A DNA stretch of 22,075 nucleotides from Vitrella brassicaformis CCMP3155 (taxonomy: Eukaryota > Protista > Chromerida): the NCBI GenBank assembly GCA_001179505.1, contig CDMY01000775.1, positions 1 through 22,075 on the forward strand, given 5' to 3'. Both the position numbers and the translations under genes were made by a program. The notes beneath the pieces were generated by a model. It saw only the letters and a program-made list of their open reading frames with translations. It was not told the origin of the DNA and did not search any database. Shown piece by piece: positions 1 through 10,660 of the stretch (positions are counted from its first letter, which is position 1; each line of letters opens with the position of its first letter).

Positions 1-3000
1 GGCAGCGGCGGCAGTAGCCGCCGCCGCCGCAGAAGCCGATGGGGCAGAGGGCTTGTATTGATCGCCCTGCAGGCACACAGCAGTCGCAGACCATGACGAT
101 CTTATCCACAGGATATGTGCCAAGTGCTACACTCGCTGCGTACCTGCCAGTCCGTGTTCGTCGCGGTGTTGCAGTCGCTCCTAGTGCCATTGACCTGGAT
201 GAGGTGCTGTATGGTCATGCGGTTGACATAGTGCTGCCCCTGCCCGATGGGTGTCTGCTGCTCGCACATCAGGTCCATGATGCGCTGGTAGTACATCTCT
301 TCCGTCTCCTCGCCCACAGAGCGCAGATGTGGATACCTCGCAACCTGGTCGGGGTCATCGACGTGCAGCTGCTTCCGCCACTCGCGCTTCTGCAGAGAAG
401 AGAAAGTGCGGATGGCAGAAGTTTGGCGCGTGTGTCACTTGCCTCACCGATAGGTTGTCCCATATGGGCAGCTTGACGAGCTCCCAGCCTTTCTTCTTCT
501 GCTTGACCCGAACCATGCCCCAGCACTCGAGAGTCCAAGGCCAATCCGGCAGGAGTCCTGCGGCGATGTACTTCTCGACGGGCCCAGCGATGTTCTTCAT
601 CACCTGTGCCGACTTCATGATGACACCGCCGAACTGCCACAGCAGCTTCAACGCAAGCCATGCCACAGCCCCCAACACTGCAGCACGCATTCACAGACAT
701 CCGAATCCTGCTTGAAGCCCGCAGGCAAGTACGTCGGCTATATACTTACGTGCGGGGGTGAGTGGGTGCCGATGGCCGGATGATTGTGTGGGCGGGACTG
801 ACGCGTCGCCCGTGTGGTCGGGCTCCTCCTCTGCAGGCTCGCTATCGTCGTCAACCTCATCCTCATCCTCATCGCTATCGTCATCATCCTCATCCTCAAC
901 TAAGAAACCCTGCAAGAAAAGTGAGACTTGTGTTTATATCAACCGGTTCGGCTATCATGGCTACCTTGCGGTGATTTGCGTGGCCATGGTAGTGCCCCCT
1001 CCCTCCTACGCGACGTCCGCCAGCGCCCGCCCTCCCCCCCATGACACTCCCACGTGTCTCCACGCTGTCGCCTCGATGGCGCTGTCCTGACCGCTTGACA
1101 CTCTTGCCCATCTGCAAAGAACACATCCATTCACACATCCATCCCTCCATCCCTGTGCTGTGATCCATTCAATCGGTGATGAGAGCATGGAGGGTGTGTG
1201 TGTGTATGGCTGTGTGCGTCTCCCACCCGCAGGAAGTCTTCAAAGCTTGGCTTGGGGCCATTGAGGTCCTCATCCAGGGTGCGTGCATGTATCTCATCGT
1301 CATAATACTACAAAGGCAGTCAAAGTCGACAGACATGGGTAACGGCTGATGTCAGTAGTGGGAGATTCGGAGGACCCACCGGATCGTATGTTCCCGCAGA
1401 AGCAGCAGCAGCAGCAGCCGCAGGTGGTGGGGGTGGGTGCGGAGAGCTGGAAACAAACGGCCAGAAATCCATCATGGGTAAATGTGAGTGTGTGAGGGGA
1501 GAGGGGGCCATTTGTGCAGGTCAATTACCTCGTTGTGGTTGTAGCTGCGTGAGAACGCGTCCTGCCGCCTTGCGTGTGCAGAGTCACCCACCGACGACCC
1601 CTTGCCAACGCCACTCCTGCCATACAGACCTGCAGCACCGGCCTGCTGAACAGCAAACAAAGAACAACACGGCCAACACGGCCATCCGTCATGAACCAAT
1701 GCATTGGCCGATCATGCCATTGTGTCAGGTGCGACCTTTACCTGCTGCTCGTAGTATGTGTGTGTGTATGGAGGTGGAAAGGCACCCCAATACGGACGTC
1801 CGCGACCATGAACAGCACCCGAATCTCCCCTGCCAAGGCCGCCCCTACTATCTGACATATACAAAGAAGACGGCACGCAGGGAGAGACCTGTGTACACGA
1901 ATGCAGGTGGTATTGTGTGACGTACCGACTGACGGCGGGCGAGGGCCCATCGGTGTGCCGCCCCTGCCCTGGGGAGGCACTTCGGAGGCCGTTCTCACGC
2001 CCGCACCACGGACCTGTGCATACACGCATTGGTGGAGTGTCGTGATGGCTCGGAGGATGTACGTCACTACCTGGGTATGGTTGTGATGATACGTGGAGGT
2101 GGTTCCTGCACAAGTACCGTCAGTCAGATGTGATGGTCATGTGCATAGCCTTCATGGCCTTGGCTGACCTTTTGCTTGCTGTCCAGTGACTTATGAAAGG
2201 CCTCCGACCCGTATGCCGGCGGCTGCAGTAAAGAGAGAAAATATGTGCATGTGGTGGCGCTCAGACGCATCCTCTCATTCCACGCACCTTTTCGTCACGC
2301 TCCCTCAAGCCGCTCGCCGCGCCGGCTTTACCCTGACACCCACGATAACGCCTCCACGTGTGCGTACCTTATTCCCCGCTCCGATATTCCCTCCGTTGGC
2401 GGCCGCAGCTGCCGGCCCAGCACCGCCCACTCCTGGTGACGACGGTTTCGGTGCAACGCTATCCTGCACATAGACGACCCCACAAAGCATAGGACCCATT
2501 GGAACCGCACGCACTGACATGCTGCTTCGTTTGCTACTCACGTCTTTTTGGGTGTGGTTGTGCTGGTGGTGCTCGTCATCGGCAGGCGATGCGGTCTGCT
2601 GGTGAGGGCACATACACAGAAATCAACCCCCGTGGTATCAGGAGGATACTGCTTACGCTGGCCTGGCCGGTGTTGGCCACGGGAGACTCTCCAGGCGGAT
2701 CTGCCCACAGAAACGACAGAAACGACAGACATCATTCCACCATTTTCGTCGCCCCCCGTCCTGCCTTCCCGGTGCAAACCGTCTTCTTCGAAGGTGATGA
2801 GATTTCTGGGCTGCTGGTTCTCCCTGAGGATGTACCTGTCCTCATCTGTCGTCAACTCCCTCCGTCCCAACACCAACCGGCCGTACAAACGGTCGAAGCA
2901 CCCCTTGCGTGAGGTGATTGTGAAAGGGGGAAATGGGCCCTCGCGCCCCTCTTCTTTCCACACTTCCACAATGTTGGCCAACTCACAGCGGCTCGATACA

Positions 3001-3137
3001 CCATTGCGTCTACAGCAGCTCCAGCGGGCGGGAAACGCCTCGGTATCGGGTGCCGAACAGTTGAAGATGAGCTCTGGATCCTCAATGCCGAGCTCGCCAG
3101 ATGCTACAGAGGCGTGGGGGTTCCGCAGCCCCGCCAT
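1..3137 (-). CDS. Multi-exon hypothetical protein; low-complexity Ala/Pro/Gly and acidic middle; 3' end beyond window start
   Basis: Phase-consistent GT-AG exons 909-750 (GFLVEDEDDDDSDEDE...), 677-448 (LLGAVAWLALKLLWQFGG...WDNLS), 389-144 (KREWRKQLHVDD...TDWQ) and 66-1. Upstream exons are read through 2305-2700, and the long first exon starts at ATG 3137 (MAGLRNPH...). Some middle junctions (1300-2150) were not fully resolved. No family recognised. Confidence 0.7.
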
Positions 3138-3202
3138 TCTACTTCCGAGAAAGATCTTGTAACGGTTTTCAACGGCCAACGTTCAGAGACATTTCGTAGT
3201 CA

Positions 3203-3345
3203 TCCAAGTGTGTGCGAGGACAAGTCCATCCACTTCACCCCCTTGTGCGTGACGGTGGATGGTGGGTGGGGCAGAGAGGCCAATGGTTTTTTCAGGCGCC
3301 TAGTTGAGAAGCTGCGCACCAAGGCTGCGTGGTGCTCGTCTGTCT
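3203..3345 (+). mobile_element. Short remnant of a CRE-like non-LTR retrotransposon (C-terminal restriction-like endonuclease region)
   Basis: Translation HPSVCEDKSIHFTPLCVTVDGGWGREANGFFRRLVEKLRTKAAW resembles, from memory, the C...F(T/V)PL..SVDG..G.EA..F.RRL..KL..KW tail of REL-type elements. No RT sequence is adjacent. Confidence 0.5.
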
Positions 3346-3618
3346 GTTGCGTTGGCGCGTAGTGCGAGTATGTGTGTGCGTGGTGGGCGGCGCCGCTGGA
3401 AGATACGCCAGGCGGGCGCTGAGGATGGTGCTGGCATGTTTGTCGCATGATTGAGGGTTGGTCGATGTTGACGCAGTTCATTTCATGAGAGACCGACAGA
3501 CGCTGCCTGCCGTTGCGCTATGATTTAACGTATGTCACACATTCCACATGAACCAATGGTCATTTCGTACTAGTTCGCTATGCACACACCACCGTGAATC
3601 GTTCGCAGCCATGGGCAC

Positions 3619-3969
3619 GCAGCCCACCACCAGGACGGCAGACAGGGAGGAGGGAGGCACCAACACACCTGCACACCTGCAAAAGAGTACACACGGCACA
3701 TAGGGAAATGAGTGGATGGATGGACGGATGGATAGAGAGGGCGTGACAACCAGCAGCCCACCTGGGCGGCAGAGAGAGAGGAGGGAGGCACCAACACACC
3801 TATACAACAGCACACACAGCACACGCGACACATAGGGTGGATGGATGGATGGAGAGGGCGTGACAACCAGCAGCCCACCTGAGCGGAAGAGAGAGAGGAG
3901 GGACGCACCAACACACCTGCACAACAGCACACACAGCACACGCGACACATAGGGTGGATGGATGGATGG
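3619..3969. repeat. Imperfect tandem repeat, about 3 copies of a 117-132 bp unit with (GGAT)n inside
   Basis: GAGGAGGGA(G/C)GCACCAACACACCT recurs near 3647, 3779 and 3896, and GAGAGGGCGTGACAACCAGCAGCCCACCTG occurs twice. Confidence 0.9.
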
Positions 3970-4900
3970 GAAGTAGTCTGGCGTCGAATGAGTCGGCAGG
4001 GCCTCGCCAAGCCTCCTGAAGATGAATGTGCCCAAGGAGTTTGCTACGCCCCCTACACTGCGTACAGAAACCGTTGTGTTGCGAGCTTGCGGAACGCAAA
4101 CCGGAAGATTGGCGAGGAATCGCCCACGGCATACATGCCGCCAGCAATGAGCATCAAAAAAGGCGTCGACCTACAAGGGGAACAAGACGCTTCATTTGAC
4201 ATTGCAGAGATATCGCAAGAACACTGCCCGGAATTGGCCCGGAATTCAACCAATGGGAGCGTGCAGAAAGCCTGGCTGCCGTAATTGATGCGCGACTATG
4301 TTACTAGACGGAGGATATATGGGCGGACACATCCTGTGATTGGGGTAGGCGACGGTAAGGGTGCGTGCCTGGGAGAAGTCATGGGTCGCTTGATCTACAC
4401 ACGCACACTCACACGTGAGTGGATGTGTGCCATTCTGCATGCTTGCCTTCCCGCAGTTTCTTGCGCAGTCCGTTCGAGGTGGTGGTGCCGTATATCACCT
4501 TTCCTGCAAGCATCCGTGTGCACATCAATGCCATTCCTCTCTGCTCGCATTCGTACCCTTGCTTTGGCTCACCTCCTGGCCGTGGGCGTCACGCACCACG
4601 ATGGATGGCGTTGTGCGTAGTCTGATGACCCAACCAACACAGACACAGTTTTATTCTCCTTCCGCTCTCTCCCTCTCGACCTGTTCCGAACCTCATGACG
4701 ACGACCGTTGACCTGTCGGGGATCAAGGGCTGGCGGGGACGCTCTCTCTCGCGGTGCTTGTGTGCCAGGTTATCGACGCTCGCCCTTAAGGCCTTCTTGC
4801 CGCGCGAAGCTCTTTCTGTTACGACCGAGGTCGCCTCCATACACCCACCCAGTCCTCCACCTGCATGCAGGCAGGGAGTCAGCCAGACAGACAGACAGAC
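3958..4900 (+). pseudogene. Probable degraded multi-exon gene
   Basis: Protein-like frame 3958-4281 continues past TAA (4282-4284) as LMRDYVTRRRIYGRTHPVIGVGD up to a GTAAGG donor. Later segments (SLPLDLFRT / TTTVDLSGIKGW) are joined only by a frameshift. Confidence 0.35.
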
Positions 4901-4982
4901 AAACATAAGATGGATGGATGGATGAATGTGTGTATGTGTGTCTGTGTGTGTTGCTTTTGGTATCGCCTGAAAGGAGGTGAAG

Positions 4983-5487
4983 TCAACACATATGAAGATC
5001 GTTCAGGGGTCGAATCGTGCCCTCACTGCTAGTCATGAATCGCTCTGCTACGAGGGACCTTGGCCATGCGTGGCTGCAGAGATCGATCACCTGCAAGACC
5101 ACTGACAGACAGACAGACAGGCAGACAGACAGGCAGGTAGGCGGGAAGAACGACGAGGGTGGCATGCGTGGATGTGTGCGTGCGTGATACCTCCTGCCTG
5201 TTGCTTCATGCGCACGATGGACATGAACAGGTGGTCTGCGTGGGAGAGATCGACACACAGGGAGGGTTTCATTGGTTGCGGTGTTTCCCGTGCTTTCCTT
5301 CCCTGACCATTTCCGTGGATTTCCTGTCGTTTCTGGAGCAATGTGCCCTGATGCGTTCGAAGCCAGTGGAAAAAAAGGGCGAGATGCGAGCTCTAGCTCG
5401 CAATGGGTGTCCCCATAGATTTGGGTACGTGGGGATGGGGATGGGGGTGGGGGCGTGGGGATGGGGTAGAGTACGCCCGGAAATCAT
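4983..5487 (-). pseudogene. Degraded short gene with SWIM-like zinc-finger remnant
   Basis: Phase-0 exons 5235-5191 (TTCSCPSCA*SNRQE) and 5090-4983 (VIDLCSHAW...) splice to give CxC-x13-CxH with one in-frame TGA. ATG at 5487. Confidence 0.3.
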
Positions 5488-5521
5488 GCTTGAAGATGCC
5501 TGGTCCGCCGGAACGTAGCGC

Positions 5522-5558
5522 CGGGCTTAGGGACAGGTGCCTCGTCAAACCCTTAACC
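5522..5558. promoter_or_regulatory. 37-bp dispersed motif, copy 1 (telobox-like, candidate upstream element)
   Basis: CGGGCTTAGGGACAGGTGCCTCGTCAAACCCTTAACC matches 18548-18584 at 34/37. The sequence match is observed; the function is inferred. Confidence 0.45.
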
Positions 5559-5946
5559 GACCGACCGAGTGACTCAGATACACTTCAAGGATGTGAGCGG
5601 TTATACACCCTTAGAGTATTAGACACTCTTTACCTCACTAGCCTGTATGTGTAGTGGAGAAACGATGTTGTGGAGAGACGACAAAAGAGCAGAGAGAGCT
5701 GCAACGATGTGAAGGAATGCAGTGGAGAGACGCCAGATCACTATGGAGAGGGCGGGAGAAGTCGGAGAGACGGCTTCGTAGTGCCCTTTCTCACCGTTGT
5801 TTCTGCCTCCGCCTGCGATAGCTGTTTGTTTGGCTACTGAGACGGCATTGGGGCTCATGAAGCGACCCTAGTCCAAAACCGAATCCCGAGACTGCGCAGA
5901 ACTTGTCGGGTCTTATGAACATCATGTGAGTTTCACGGTAAAGCCG

Positions 5947-5971
5947 CTTATGATTTCCTGGAAATCATAAG
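5947..5971. repeat. Perfect 25-bp palindrome
   Basis: CTTATGATTTCC-T-GGAAATCATAAG: 12-bp perfect arms and a 1-nt spacer. Confidence 0.95.
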
Positions 5972-6144
5972 ACGAAACAGAAAACATTTGTTCACACGCG
6001 AGCAATTCAAGCATGTCAATGTCTCTGTGCACAACAGCCTGCAGAAGGCCTTATATTCGTCGACTTATCGGTTCATAGGACGGGAAACCCCAATTTCTCC
6101 AAGCAAAGCCATCCTAGCATGCCACCTCCACTAGATAGTCGGAA

Positions 6145-6178
6145 AGTTAGATAAGCTGACTACTTAGCTTTTCTAACT
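6145..6178. repeat. 34-bp quasi-palindromic site with 13-8-13 architecture
   Basis: AGTTAGATAAGCT-GACTACTT-AGCTTTTCTAACT; the arms are complementary at 12/13. Confidence 0.9.
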
Positions 6179-6362
6179 CGTCATCCATCTGTGTCGTCCC
6201 CCTTCTCTCCCCCTTTCCCTTCCCTTTTCCTCTCCCAAACCCCTACAGTCTCACCGCCTACAGAAACTGAAAACCGAGGCGCCAGGTTGCGAGATGGGAA
6301 AGAGCGGTGTCCGTGAAAGAAGAAGTTTGAGGAGAAAGAGAAGTGCTTCGCGCGTGATGAAA

Positions 6363-8460
6363 ATGGACATTGAATGCACAGTCGCATACGCCATAATACA
6401 CAGCCTCACTGATCCACGTCCAACAATGAAAGAACATTTGACGGACAGAAGTGTTTATGGATGTCGATCAACGCATGGAACGGCCTGTGGCAGTCTTGCC
6501 AGCCAGCCAGCCAGCCAGCCAGCTCGAAAGCAGTGGCCACCCGTTGACCATCCATAGCGATACAGGAGCGATGTGCCTATCTACGGCTCTGCAAAGGCAA
6601 GCGATGAAATGCGTGGTCAATAGCATGCTCCAGGCGCTCGCAAGTAAGTTCGTTAATTGCTGTTTCGCTGATTGCAGGGTTCACTTGATGAGGACACGAC
6701 TCGCAGCCGCCTGAGTAAAGTCCTGCTCGCTTGGAAGACCGGCGATGCCTGGTCTTGCAGGAGTGAATCAGACGCTTTCCTCGACGCGCAAGCCTCACCT
6801 TCTCTTCGAAAGCCATCTGCAGAGTTGTCGTGTCAATGTACGGGCAAACAGGGAAAGGCAGACATAACGTCTTCATACGAAATGAGAGACAGACTGTGCA
6901 AGGGAACAGCGGTTTCGAGTGGTGTGAACAGGAGGAGCAACGGCATCAGCAACGGCCTCTTGCGCGGACACTGCTTCTGGCGCCCTGGCACGCCTCGGCT
7001 GCGCCGCGCTCGGCGGCCAGGGCGCTCGCTCATTTCGTTCTGCTGTGCATGGCATGAATATGACCTTCCTAAAGAACCCACAGTGCACACGTTGTTCGCG
7101 AATGTGCTGTGTCTCTGATTGTGATTGTGAGTCGAACACACCTCGTGTTCGCCGGCTTGAAGTGGAAGTCAGTTGCTTGCCTTGAGCTCATCAGTCTCGC
7201 TCGAAGATTGCCGTCGCAGAAAAGGTCTCTCTCACACACGAACCTTCCCAGAGTGAGGATGAGGTAGTTGAGATATAGATGAGGACTTGCAGAACGCTGG
7301 CCGAGCTTTATCAACGTGTGCGGGCGGCAGTCGACGAATTGGCGAAACTATCTGTCATGGCCTTGGCTTGGCTGACGCAAGCCCTATATGAGCGTCGCAG
7401 ACGCCGTCGAGATGAGTGAGGGTTGAGATGAGCGATTGCCGGACCGGGTGCTTCGCGACAGCGTGCGATGGGCGTCAGCTGCGATGTGCTGCAGGTAGGG
7501 GTGCTGAAACTCCACGAGGTACGATTCGCGCCGTCCGGCAAGAGGCTGGTAGTGTCTCATCACGGTGAGATAGCTGGCATCAGCTGTATAAGCGCGATGT
7601 CGAAGAGATTGATGGATAGAAGTGCTTGTTCTCGGCTCGATTGACTGACGCGACTCGAAAAGCTTTCCTCATATGGCCACCGGTGCCAGGGGATAGTGGC
7701 AGCCCAGGGGATAGAGCTCGAATTAGCCTGATCTGGTGGGTCCCTCCTACAGACTCATCAACGGCGTATCACACTAAAGACTCATCACTAGGGTATCCCA
7801 CCGATGAGTCCCTGCTGCGGGATTGACCTGATTAGCAATTCATGCTATGTACAATGACGGTATGAATGTTTCTGCGTCTCACCAGTCAGTAGACTTTCAG
7901 CAACGACAGCTGATATGATAGCGGCATCTTCTGTCTCTCAAACTTTGCCTCCTCTCTTCGCGACATGGCGGACCCGAACACTCTCGAGCGTAACACTTAA
8001 TTTCCCCACTCTTCCTCGCCCGCCGCGTATCTGGTGCAGTAAGTACTTTTGGTTAATGGCGGATGGAAATTTAGTAGATATATATTTGTCTGTTTGGTTG
8101 TCTGTCTATGTGTATCTCTCTCTCTCTCTCTGTGTGTGTGTGTGGATGAAGATATATGTGTCTCTGTCTCTGTTGTCTCTATCTTCACCTGTTTGACTGA
8201 AGGTGAGTATCTCTTGAAATAAGACGTCGTTCAAGTTCATCTCGAGCAGTCGTGTAAGGTTGAGCAGTCACGGTGGAATTCGGTCCTACCTCCACTTGTC
8301 AGTACATAAACGTACTCGTCTGTGATACGATTGGGTGGCACTCGGCAGACCAATCTGCCCGGATCGTCTTTGCTCTAGTGGCACTGCTTTTCCACCTTCG
8401 CAGGGTCTTGATCAGTTCAAGCTCTTGAATCTGTCGCACAGCTATTGCTCGTAATGGGGT
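6363..8460 (+). pseudogene. Multi-exon pseudogene with many nonsense codons
   Basis: Exons 6363-6450, 6558-6643 and 6678 onward are phase-consistent (MDIECTVAYAIIHSLTDPRPTMKEHLTDRTIQERCAYLRLCKGKR*NAWSIACSRRSQGSLDEDTT...) with an in-frame TGA at 6605-6607. Downstream protein-like frames are interrupted by repeated TGA/TAG. The 3' limit is approximate. Confidence 0.5.
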
Positions 8461-8607
8461 CGCTTCAATAGATGGTTTCTGGATTGATATGCACTCACTG
8501 TCCCGCTATGGGACTCTTGTGCCTGCATGCATATCACGCAAATGTCTGCATAAAGGCGGTCAGCGCTTTTATTCCATTCTGGTACTCATATTTGAACCAC
8601 ACTGCTG

Positions 8608-9780
8608 TCAATTCGCAAATTGGCGGTCGACAATGTTTCGATTCAGTCGAGTGTGGCTTGCAATGATATGAACATGTACAACTGGATGGTCAAATTTATC
8701 CCCTCCGTATCTCTGTCTGTAAGTACAAGCATAACCAATACAGCGCGACTAAAACTTACATGCTGCCTTCTTGTATATGTTGATTTGCTTGGCTGACCAT
8801 GATCGTCAGAAAGCGTACGGTGACATCACTCTCGTTGAAGCACGTCACGGCTTTATTGACGTTTTGGACGTTTTGGCGAAAGTCTGTCATATCGAAGTTG
8901 AAGCTGAACTGTCCGAGCATCACTCCTATACGCTTCACACCAGTGAATGACGTGGGGAGCTGCGAAATATATTCCTTACAACGCTGCAGTATCAAAGATA
9001 AATGTGTGCGCACTGTGCGGTTCATATGACAGGCTCTGAGCAACTAATACGACAGGCGGGCAACCTGATTGTAAAGTCGAATGTACTTCTATAGAAGACA
9101 CCACACAATGACTGAAAAAGAGAGCGCCGAGTTTCATATAGAAGAATATGCATGGAAGCATAGCCCTATGCCAGACCAGAAACATAAGGCATTACACATG
9201 CAGAGACACACATTGAATGAACAGGACATGGAGTTGAGAGTATGTTGTTTGTGTATTCATCTGAAAACAGCACTCTCTGAGTATGCCCACCGTGCCTCGT
9301 ATGTTCGAATTGAGCATGGACTGGCTGAAATTCAGTGTCGACCCCTTTTTGACCTTGCTCTCGACAAAGAAGCTCAGCGGCCATCCGAGACCTGCCCGAT
9401 TAGAGAACGAAGCCGTTGCAGAGCCGTTGTCGTCCACCATTTGCTCCAACCTATCGCTGCAGCGCTCGATATGGGGTGCCATGTTTTGCCTCCTTCCGTG
9501 GTCGCTTTTTGGCTGTCTGTCAACTGCTGGTCCGCCACTCTTTTCTTTGTGCTCAAACAGCGTTTCCCCTTTCCAGTGTGAGCTGGAGCCGGTCCGCCCG
9601 AAGCAGTCAGTGTATGGGAGCATAGGAGGCTGACATGTCGCTTCTTGCGACCTCGTCTTCCTCACGTTTAGCCGTTTCACGCGCTGATTCACGTCGTGAT
9701 CAGCATCAAATAACACCACCGTCACTCGCATCATCGTCCTCGCTTTCAATGATATGCTGATACACAATGCCTGCAAATTG
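8608..9780 (-). CDS. Hypothetical multi-exon protein (5' part uncertain)
   Basis: Phase-consistent 3' exons 9088-9065 (KYIRLYNQ), 8983-8760 (RCKEYISQLPTSFTGVKRIGVMLGQF...) and 8716-8608 (QRYGGDKFDHPVVHVHIIASH...FAN*). Upstream exons lie in or near ORF 9192-9833 and are unresolved. Confidence 0.45.
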
Positions 9781-9815
9781 CCATCATGACACACCGCTCT
9801 TTGCAATGGAGAGTC

Positions 9816-10029
9816 TGGCCCCAAATTTGCCATTCTTTGGGGCCCAAATGTGCGAGCTTTCTTGCGAGCTTCATGTCATGTTACACGGAGTGCTCTAACC
9901 ATTTTTGGCGGTTTGGCCGTTTTTTTCCAACTGTCTGGCCGTTTTTCTTTCGGTTTTACGGATGCCTTAACTCATATTTTGGCCCCAATTGGGCAATTGC
10001 GAGCTTTTGGGGCCCAACTTGCGAGCTTT
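9816..10029. repeat. Cluster of short direct repeats in T-tract-rich DNA
   Basis: TGCGAGCTT at 9851, 9863, 9998 and 10020. TTTGGGGCCCAA...TGCGAGCTTT at 9836-9860 and 10006-10029. Confidence 0.85.
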
Positions 10030-10178
10030 TTTTCAGTTTTTCGACTGCTCTAAGGTACTTTTTTGCTGCATTCTCGAAATGAGTTGTGCTAAGTATATTT
10101 TTTTGGGAGAGCGACCGCCGCTGGCTCGCATCGACGATCGCGCGATTCTCGACAGCTTCCTTGAAGGGAACTTGGACT

Positions 10179-10319
10179 AGAAAACCTAACTAGTCAGCTT
10201 TCACAGGTAAGTGTGTCGACAAGTCAGAAAACCTAACTACCTATCTTTCACAGGTTGGTATCTCGACTAGTTAGAAAACCTGACAAGTCAGCTTTCACAG
10301 GTTGGTATCTCGACAAGTT
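10179..10319 (+). repeat. Tandem array, 3 x 47 bp
   Basis: Units start at 10179, 10226 and 10273; consensus AGAAAACCTRACWAGTCAGCTTTCACAGGTTGGTATCTCGACAAGTY. Confidence 0.95.
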
Positions 10320-10350
10320 AGGAAGGTGCCTAGAGATCGAACAACACCTC

Positions 10351-10437
10351 CAACCCTAACCTAAGCCCCCGCCGCGAAACCCTAAACCCTGGGTTTCTCG
10401 GGCCAGAGTTCGGGATCCCGAGAAACCCTAAACCCTA
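10351..10437. repeat. Interstitial telomere-like (AAACCCT) repeats with a 12-bp hairpin
   Basis: GAAACCCTAAACCCT at 10376-10390 and 10422-10436. GGGTTTCTCGGG (10391-10402) is the perfect reverse complement of CCCGAGAAACCC (10417-10428). Confidence 0.9.
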
Positions 10438-10660
10438 CGAAAGCTTTGAGTCGTCGTCGGCTGCGTGTGTCGGTCGATTGAGTGTTTCCGGCTGTTACGA
10501 GAACAACAACGACGGGATATGGCGACTCGTCGCTAGCAATCCGAGCACATTGTCACTTCCCGCCCTCACGGGAGCAGCACGAAGTTGTTATGTTGTCAAA
10601 CGGGACAAGATGCTGCCTGGCGCTGTGTGTTCTGTGTAGGTTTCCTGTGTTCTGTGGGGG

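Noticed and set aside
421-434. GTTTGGCGCGTGTG identical to the start of the 21459/21819 repeats (E2F-like TTTGGCGCG)
   Set aside because: A 14-bp match inside an intron with no extension; not distinguishable from chance.
1394-1425. CGCCCCCFC poly-Cys reading of the (GCT)n tract
   Set aside because: The neighbouring YYDDE exon phase favours the poly-Ala frame (PPPPPAAAAAAAS); the junction is not fully resolved.
10179-10319. 47-bp repeats as a CRISPR array
   Set aside because: Units are contiguous with no unique spacers, no cas genes are present, and the context is eukaryotic.
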